From an uncultured Candidatus Saccharibacteria bacterium (GTDB taxonomy: Bacteria > Patescibacteriota > Minisyncoccia > Phycocordibacterales > UBA12088), in contig CAYWMQ010000002.1 of assembly GCA_964459635.1 (NCBI GenBank), forward strand, positions 6,776-70,775: a stretch of DNA of 64,000 nt. Reading direction: 5' to 3'. The notes under the pieces were generated by a model. That model worked only from the letters and a program-made list of their open reading frames with translations. It was not told the origin of the DNA and searched no databases. This document shows positions 58,001-64,000 of this stretch, piece after piece; the first letter of the stretch is position 1, and the number at the start of each line of letters is the position of its first letter. The position numbers were made by a program, and so were the translations under genes.

Positions 58001-59710
58001 TTACAACGTTGCGATAGATATGTCAACAATCCTCATCCGTAGCTCCGGCGTACGTTTGAAGTATGAAGCCTCAAGGTAGCCGGTGAGCGTCACATGGTCG
58101 CCGGCCTTACTACCCCACTTCTCCGGCTTCGTGAAAAAAGCGATGCCGTGTACAGGACCGCGCGCGCCTCTAAAGGAGACTTCGAGATGCTCGTTTGCTT
58201 TGCCGAATGTTCGCACCTGTTCGAGCGCGACGTCCGCGAGCTCCAGCAGGGGGCGCGGGTTGCCTTCGCCAAAAGGCGCAAAGCGCGCAAGCTCGCGATA
58301 GAGCGGCCAATCAAGCTCGCTCGGCTCTATACGGTAGGCCGTCTGTGACGCGGGCAGCTCGCTCGGAGCTGCCGTATCGAATGCAGCGTCGAGCGCGTCT
58401 TCGAGGGTAAAGAGCTGTTCCTCTGCGATACTGAAACCGCCTGAGAAAGCGTGCCCTCCGTACTCAATGAAGCGCGTGCTCACCTGCTGCATCAAACCAT
58501 GCACGTTTGCGCCGTTGTATGAGCGGCATGAGCCCTTAATGGTAACACCCTCCTCCCTTCCCCAGAGGAAGACCGGGCGCTCGTACTCCTCGGCGAGCGT
58601 GTTCGCCACGAGCCCTAAGAGCGAGGGCTTCCACATGACGTCGCCGAGTACCACCACGCGCGCCAAACTCGCGCGCGCCGCGAGCCTTGTGCGCGCCTCT
58701 TTCACCATAGCCGCTACGTACCCCTTGCGAGCCGCATTTATTTTTTCGAGCTCATCGGCAAGCTGCGCCGCAACGACCTCATCCGTGGTCGAAAGCAGGC
58801 GAAATGCATCCGCCGCGTGCCCCATGCGTGAAGCGGCATTGATGCGGGGCGCTATGGTAAAGCCGATGTCTTCTTCGGTGAGGTACTGTTGGCGTGCGCG
58901 CGCTTTCTTGAGTAATGCCTGTAGCCCCGGGCGGCGCGACTTCCGCAGCACCACCAGTCCGTAGTGTGCGAACGCTCTGTTCTCGCCCGTAAGCGGCACC
59001 ATGTCGGCTATGGTCGCCATGCCAACCATGTCCAAGAGCCACTTTTCCCACCCTGCGGGTGGAAGGTTTAAGGTTTCAGGTTCCAGGTTTGAGAGATGGC
59101 GGAGCAGGCCCTGGACAAGCTTAAAGGCGACACCGGCGCCACAGAGCATGGGCTCGGGGTACGCACAGTCCGCTTGTTTGGGGTTGAGTATCGCGTACGC
59201 CGGGGGCAGCGTCTCGCCCGGTATGTGGTGGTCCGTCACAATGACTTCAAGGCCGATGCTGTTCGCATAGGCGACGTGCTCATTGTCCGCTATGCCGCAG
59301 TCTATGGTGATCACGAGCGATACGCCGTCCTTCTTGAGCGCATCAAGACCGGGCGCGTTCAGCCCAAAGCCGTCTTTGTTGCGGTGCGGTGTGTGATGCA
59401 CTACGTGTGCATATCCGAACATGCGGAAGAGATCCCACAGCACCACCGCTCCCGGTATGCCGTCCATGTCGTAATCACTCCAGAGCGCTATGCGCTCGCC
59501 GCGCTCCATGGCATGCGTCACGCGCTCACACACGCGTGCCATGTCCTTCATGAGAAAAGGGTCGTGTGTGTCGCGCTCCCAGTCGGGCGCAAGAAAACGC
59601 TCCGCCGCCTCTGCGTCCTCAATACCGCGCGCCGCGAGCAGCCGCGCCGTCAAAGGCGGATATCCTGCCCGCGCGGCGTCGCGCACGAAGTCTGCTGCGG
59701 GCTCCTCCAT
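58001..59710 (-). CDS. recJ: ssDNA exonuclease RecJ
   Basis: DYDMDG, TIDCG, TDHH, ADMVPL.GEN, PRINAASR, GSCRS, GGH, PFGEGNP. Confidence 0.96.
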   Translation of the reverse strand: MEEPAADFVRDAARAGYPPLTARLLAARGIEDAEAAERFLAPDWERDTHDPFLMKDMARVCERVTHAMERGERIALWSDYDMDGIPGAVVLWDLFRMFGYAHVVHHTPHRNKDGFGLNAPGLDALKKDGVSLVITIDCGIADNEHVAYANSIGLEVIVTDHHIPGETLPPAYAILNPKQADCAYPEPMLCGAGVAFKLVQGLLRHLSNLEPETLNLPPAGWEKWLLDMVGMATIADMVPLTGENRAFAHYGLVVLRKSRRPGLQALLKKARARQQYLTEEDIGFTIAPRINAASRMGHAADAFRLLSTTDEVVAAQLADELEKINAARKGYVAAMVKEARTRLAARASLARVVVLGDVMWKPSLLGLVANTLAEEYERPVFLWGREEGVTIKGSCRSYNGANVHGLMQQVSTRFIEYGGHAFSGGFSIAEEQLFTLEDALDAAFDTAAPSELPASQTAYRIEPSELDWPLYRELARFAPFGEGNPRPLLELADVALEQVRTFGKANEHLEVSFRGARGPVHGIAFFTKPEKWGSKAGDHVTLTGYLEASYFKRTPELRMRIVDISIATL

Positions 59711-59712
59711 AT

Positions 59713-61113
59713 TTAACGCGCACGCGAATGCTCGGGACTCTCGCCGCGTGCATTTTCGCGAAACCACGTGAGGAGGGTACGCGTGTCTTGCTTCCAGTCA
59801 TCGGAGCCGAGCACCACCACACATACCACGCGCGTGCGCCCGTCTACCACTACCGTAAAAAGCCCGACGGATGTCTGTCGCGCCTCATCCGTAAAGCCGA
59901 GCTTTCCTCCCATGAAGTGCGGGTCCCGCGCGAGTTTGTTCTGGTTTTGCACCGGCCACTCTGTGCCGTCACTCGCGGTAATGGTCATGCTGTCGTCGCC
60001 TGAAATATCGAGCAGTCCCCGTTTGCTGTGGTAGAGATACCTGCCCAAGACGGTGAGATCTTCCGCGGTCGAAACATTGCGCGGTGATAGACCCGATGCA
60101 TCGGCAAAGCTTGTGTTATACATTCCAAGCGCGCGTGCTTTCGTGTTCATGCGCGCGATGAACTTCGCGGTACCGTGATGAGCAGCGAGACTCTCCGCTA
60201 CGCCGTTGTCGGACGCGAGAAAGAGCGGATAGTAGAGCTCACCCACTATGTACGCGCGCCCGCGCACATCTACCTCTTCATTAAGCCCGATGACTTCGGA
60301 TGCCACGAGCGCGGTCGTGAGCTTGGTAATGGATGCCACAGGATAGCGAAGCTCCGCATTTTTCGTGAGGTACATATCACCCGTCACCGCATCGCGTACC
60401 GCAAAGGCGCGCGCGGAGACAGCCGGGGCTGTGTCGTGACGCACAGACACGGCACCCACCGTGGCTGCAATGTCCGGTACCGGGGCGAGCACGTAGACTT
60501 GATCACCCACTTCGGTCTCCGCATAGAGCTCCGCAGCATCGCTCGCATGGAGCCGTACACCCGCGAGCGGCGATGGTGCGCTCGCCTCTTCCTCGTCCAT
60601 ATCGGCTGTGCCATATACCGAATAGCGTTCGTTGAAGCGTAAACGAAAAGGCATGTACCGCTTGTCCACCTCCGAGTACCCGAGCTCTTCCTTAGCCTCC
60701 ACGGTAAAAAGCCCTGCCGGGACTCTATCGGGCCCGCTCGGATCACTGTGCGCGAGCACCTCATACGTGGCCACCTCCTCGCCGTCTTCGTACACCGTGA
60801 GTTTCATGGCAGGCAGGTCGATACCAATGAAGCCTCCGCTCTCAGGAACATACTCGTCAACGGTGCGCGGAGCCTGGCCCACATCCGCCACAGCCTGTGT
60901 GGCGTTTGCCTCAAGCGCACCCCGCAGGCGCTCCATCGCTCGCGCCATGAGCGGACTGCTGTGAGACGCGGGCACCGTGGCCGGGGCGCCGTACACATGA
61001 CGACCTACCGCGGTGCCGCTCAGGTGCGCAAAACCGGCGAGCGCAAGCACCAGCACGCACAGCTTGATGAGAAAAAAGAAGCCCTGGCTGTCAAAGGAAA
61101 AGTTACGCGGCAT
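59713..61113 (-). CDS. Degenerate L,D-transpeptidase domain fused to peptidase S11 (D,D-carboxypeptidase)
   Basis: ASITKL (SxxK), SDN, DASGL, GGKLGFT; the YkuD-like region lacks His and Cys. Confidence 0.8.
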   Translation of the reverse strand: MPRNFSFDSQGFFFLIKLCVLVLALAGFAHLSGTAVGRHVYGAPATVPASHSSPLMARAMERLRGALEANATQAVADVGQAPRTVDEYVPESGGFIGIDLPAMKLTVYEDGEEVATYEVLAHSDPSGPDRVPAGLFTVEAKEELGYSEVDKRYMPFRLRFNERYSVYGTADMDEEEASAPSPLAGVRLHASDAAELYAETEVGDQVYVLAPVPDIAATVGAVSVRHDTAPAVSARAFAVRDAVTGDMYLTKNAELRYPVASITKLTTALVASEVIGLNEEVDVRGRAYIVGELYYPLFLASDNGVAESLAAHHGTAKFIARMNTKARALGMYNTSFADASGLSPRNVSTAEDLTVLGRYLYHSKRGLLDISGDDSMTITASDGTEWPVQNQNKLARDPHFMGGKLGFTDEARQTSVGLFTVVVDGRTRVVCVVVLGSDDWKQDTRTLLTWFRENARGESPEHSRAR

Positions 61114-61182
61114 ACGATATGCTGGGCTTGAAACTTCGCTCTATTTTAGCATATACTTGCAATCACTCGCACACGACCTATC

Positions 61183-61602
61183 ATGAACGCCACACTTTTC
61201 ACGAGGATCATACAACGCGAAATTCCAGCGGAGATAGTATACGAAGATGAGCATACCCTCGCGTTTCTAGACATCAAGCCCAACAACCCGGGCCACACCC
61301 TGGTGGTGCCAAAAACACCGTACCGAAACATATTCGACGTGCCCGAACAAGAGTGGCTCGCGGTGGCTCGCACCGTGCGACTGCTTGCACCGATACTCAT
61401 GCGCGCAGTAGGTGCGGAGGGTGTCAACATCAAGATGAACAACGGGGACGCGGCGGGCCAAGAGATCCCGCACCTACATGTGCATCTCATTCCCCGCTTT
61501 ACGAACGATGGCCATACGCACTGGGCGGGCAAAGAAACGCGCAAGGAAGAGCTCGCGCGCGTGAGAGAAGCGGTGCGCGCGGAACGTTCGCAGGCCGCAT
61601 AA
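61183..61602 (+). CDS. HIT family hydrolase
   Basis: AFLDIKP..PGHTLV.PK, HLHVHLIPR. Confidence 0.95.
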   Translation: MNATLFTRIIQREIPAEIVYEDEHTLAFLDIKPNNPGHTLVVPKTPYRNIFDVPEQEWLAVARTVRLLAPILMRAVGAEGVNIKMNNGDAAGQEIPHLHVHLIPRFTNDGHTHWAGKETRKEELARVREAVRAERSQAA

Positions 61603-61633
61603 AAGCACCGCCCCGGTTGGGGCGGTGTAGTGG

Positions 61634-62011
61634 TCACGGTGTCTGCATGAGCTCCAGCACCTTCTCTGCAGGAAGCACGCACAGGTGGCTTTTTGGGGAG
61701 TACTCTTCCAGCACTTTCCAACCGTACGGGTAGTGTCGCGCCAAGAGCCGATCGACCACAAAAGCATCTGCGCTGAACGCGCGCAGTGAATTGAAGTGGA
61801 TGCGCAACTTCCGCGCCACACACTTCGTAGTTGCCACATAGAGCCGTTCTTTGTAGTAGAACAGCACGAGTTTGGCTGTATTTCCGGTGAGCAGTTCTGC
61901 AATAGGCCGCCATGCGGCCCTACCGCATCGTGCGACAGGCTCACCTATAGCGACCGTCCAGCCACGTGCGGTCGCCACTTGCTGTATTTCCTCCAGAACG
62001 CTATTTGACAC
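61634..62011 (-). CDS. Hypothetical ORFan
   Basis: AAGGAGGTG SD before GTG; hairpin at 61606-61627. Confidence 0.55.
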   Translation of the reverse strand: MSNSVLEEIQQVATARGWTVAIGEPVARCGRAAWRPIAELLTGNTAKLVLFYYKERLYVATTKCVARKLRIHFNSLRAFSADAFVVDRLLARHYPYGWKVLEEYSPKSHLCVLPAEKVLELMQTP

Positions 62012-62064
62012 AGCACCTCCTTACTATGGCTCTTTTATGTACGCTACTGTATTTGGCCACGCTG

Positions 62065-62685
62065 TCAACTGGCTGCAGGTGCGCTGGCGTGCCGAGGTCG
62101 TCTATACGCCAGGAAAATTGCCGCACATGCCGCACCGAGGCCGTTTGCCACCAAGTCGAGCGCCGTATTGAGGTAGCCACCGACACCTGTCGAGGGGAGT
62201 GCCGCGTACGCCGCAAACTCCACCACCTCATTGAGCGCACCAAAGCCCATGCCAGCCATCGCCGCAACGAACGCGACCACACCGAGGCGTGCGCCTGCGC
62301 GAAGCTGTGGCGCAAGGAGCTCGTACGAAGCAAGCGTGGCCACGAAGAAGCCGTAAAAATGCACAACTTGGTCGTACTTGAGGATGATATCGTCACCTGA
62401 GCGCCAGAGGTCGACAAGCACGAGCCGGTAGAGCACCTCACCGTTTGCCAGCACCACACCGCCGCCCGCCATGTGGAGGAGCGACCACACAGAGAGCATG
62501 ACCAGAAGCGGCACAGAAAAGCGCGTCCGGTGCAGCGTAGCAAAAATGAGCACCCCAAGCACTAAGACCTGCGCGGCGTATGCCACGAACTCGTAGTTGC
62601 CCTGCGCAACAAACGCCAGCGAAAAGGGCACCAGGTACGCGAGGTTGAGTGCCGTAAAGAGGAGGTGTGTGCGCGTGAAGGTCAT
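62065..62685 (-). CDS. DUF2238-like integral membrane protein
   Basis: LH..G, YDQVVHF, E..EF, NT..DL..N..G. Confidence 0.75.
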   Translation of the reverse strand: MTFTRTHLLFTALNLAYLVPFSLAFVAQGNYEFVAYAAQVLVLGVLIFATLHRTRFSVPLLVMLSVWSLLHMAGGGVVLANGEVLYRLVLVDLWRSGDDIILKYDQVVHFYGFFVATLASYELLAPQLRAGARLGVVAFVAAMAGMGFGALNEVVEFAAYAALPSTGVGGYLNTALDLVANGLGAACAAIFLAYRRPRHASAPAAS

Positions 62686-62697
62686 GGGTACAGGCGG

Positions 62698-63840
62698 CTA
62701 CGCAGCCGGTGATCGCTCAAGTGCGGTCACACCGGGGAGTGTGCCGTCCACCAGGTAGTCGAGCATCGCGCCGCCGCCTGTCGACATGAAGCTGAACTTT
62801 TCTTCAAGGTGCAACGTGCGTATTGCGGCCACAGTGTCTCCTCCCCCCACTATAGACTGCGCGGATGAGTCTGCCACAAGCTGCGCCACCGACTGAGTGC
62901 CCTGTGTGAAGCCGCCTTCGTAGAGGCCAAGCGGGCCGTTCCAAAGCACAAACGCCGCACGCGCAATATGGACACCGAGTGCAGTGACCGACTCGGGGCC
63001 GACATCTACGATGCGATCCTCCGGCCCCACGTTCTGTACCGCTTTCTGCTGTACACCTTGCGGTGTTTCCACCGTCACATCCACGGGAAGCAGGAGCTTG
63101 CCCGAGGCCAAGAGCTCCGCAAGCGCCGGGTCACCGTCGGACACGAGCGACTTGCCTATCGGCAGTCCCTGTGCGCGCAGAAAGTCATTTGCGAGCGCGC
63201 CGCCGATGAATATATGGTCGTACCGGGGCAGCGAAGACTTAAGCAGTGGCTCCTTTGTCTCAAACTTGGCGCCTCCCAGTATGAGTAGCGAGGGACTCTC
63301 GGGTGCCAGACCCTTTGCGAGCTTGGTAAGTTCACGCTCCAGGAGCAGCCCTGCAAAGCCCGGTATGCGCGCAGGCACACCCACGACCGATGCGGCCGGT
63401 CGGTGACACACGCCAAATGCGTCATTGACGTACAGGTCGGCAAGCGAGGCGAGTGATTCGCTGAGCGCATCGCCATTTTCCTGCTCACCGGCGTCGCGGC
63501 GCAGATTTTCAAGGAGAAGCACACCGCCCTCGGGGAGCTCCGCTATCGCGCGCCGGGCCTCTTCTCCGACAAGGTCACTCACAAAGCGTGCCTGCGGCAT
63601 GAGCTCACGCAACACCTCGTACACAGGCACAAGCGACTCCTCCGGCTTGCGGCCAAGGTGCGCGCATACGATCACTTTTGCGCCACGGTCAGAGAGATAT
63701 TGAAGCGTGGGCACTGCAGACTCGATACGAAAACGGTCGCCCGCCTTGCCGTCCTTGACGGGTACGTTAAACTCCGCCCGCACGAGCACGCGCTTGCCGC
63801 GCAGCTCCGGCATATCCTTCAGGGTACGAAATGTTGCCAT
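62698..63840 (-). CDS. pgk: Phosphoglycerate kinase
   Basis: FNVP, HLGR, LLENLR, NDAFGVCHR, WNGPLG.YE, GGGDT, STGGGA. Confidence 0.97.
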   Translation of the reverse strand: MATFRTLKDMPELRGKRVLVRAEFNVPVKDGKAGDRFRIESAVPTLQYLSDRGAKVIVCAHLGRKPEESLVPVYEVLRELMPQARFVSDLVGEEARRAIAELPEGGVLLLENLRRDAGEQENGDALSESLASLADLYVNDAFGVCHRPAASVVGVPARIPGFAGLLLERELTKLAKGLAPESPSLLILGGAKFETKEPLLKSSLPRYDHIFIGGALANDFLRAQGLPIGKSLVSDGDPALAELLASGKLLLPVDVTVETPQGVQQKAVQNVGPEDRIVDVGPESVTALGVHIARAAFVLWNGPLGLYEGGFTQGTQSVAQLVADSSAQSIVGGGDTVAAIRTLHLEEKFSFMSTGGGAMLDYLVDGTLPGVTALERSPAA

Positions 63841-64000
63841 AGGTGGAAATGATTACAAAATAATGCGGTAATAATGAGAGGCGTAAACCCATGAGCTCTG
63901 CATGGGGACCAACGCGAAAAGGTATTGGAAAAATGATACTTAGTATTCTCACCCTACAATACTACGTATCATTTTTTTCCGAGCGCCTTTTCCGGCTTTC

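Noticed and set aside
21226-62011. Integron cassette array or diversity-generating retroelement explaining the ORFans
   Set aside because: No IntI, no attC R-box pairs seen, no reverse transcriptase and no TR/VR pair in the window.
1-64000. UGA-to-Gly recoding (genetic code 25)
   Set aside because: Conserved genes are full length in code 11, and TGA ends genes such as comF and rnhA at the expected positions.
63850-64000. Remnant of a REP-associated tyrosine transposase upstream of pgk
   Set aside because: Only a vague resemblance (…LLPHYFVII) with no HUH motif; too short to call at the window edge.

Overview
Core chromosomal segment of a GC-rich, SD-poor bacterium. Several features point to Patescibacteria/CPR (Parcubacteria-like), which is my inference: rpmD/L30 is missing, there is a type IV pilus/competence cluster, and comEC is split. 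The window holds a pilM-N-O-(P)-B-receiver-pilT operon divergent from comF, a RelE/Phd toxin-antitoxin pair and tRNA-Ser(GCT) with a small accessory island. It also holds recG, an unusual tRNA-Ile(TAT), ftsH, infC-rpmI-rplT and ndk. The str/S10/spc ribosomal supercluster (rpsL to map) is interrupted by ORFan cassettes, a PIN-PhoH gene and an intact IS982-family element. The rest carries rpmB, the comEC pieces, malic enzyme, SOD, rnhA, recJ and pgk. Most notable beyond the gene list: (1) three separate translation-initiation classes, namely leaderless promoter-proximal core genes, Kozak-like (C/A)ACC-ATG operon-internal core genes, and strong Shine-Dalgarno sites confined to self-contained ORFan cassettes; (2) three promoter-equipped, rod-shaped candidate ncRNAs, two 6S-like and two sharing a GCUUUCCGC motif; (3) two L,D-transpeptidase/D,D-carboxypeptidase fusion paralogues with reciprocally inactivated catalytic domains; (4) dispersed ACGAAT and heptamer repeat arms at gene junctions; (5) orphan 5' gene-start remnants marking gene replacement or insertion events. 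All calls come from reading the sequence and motifs by eye; no database searches or folding programs were run.
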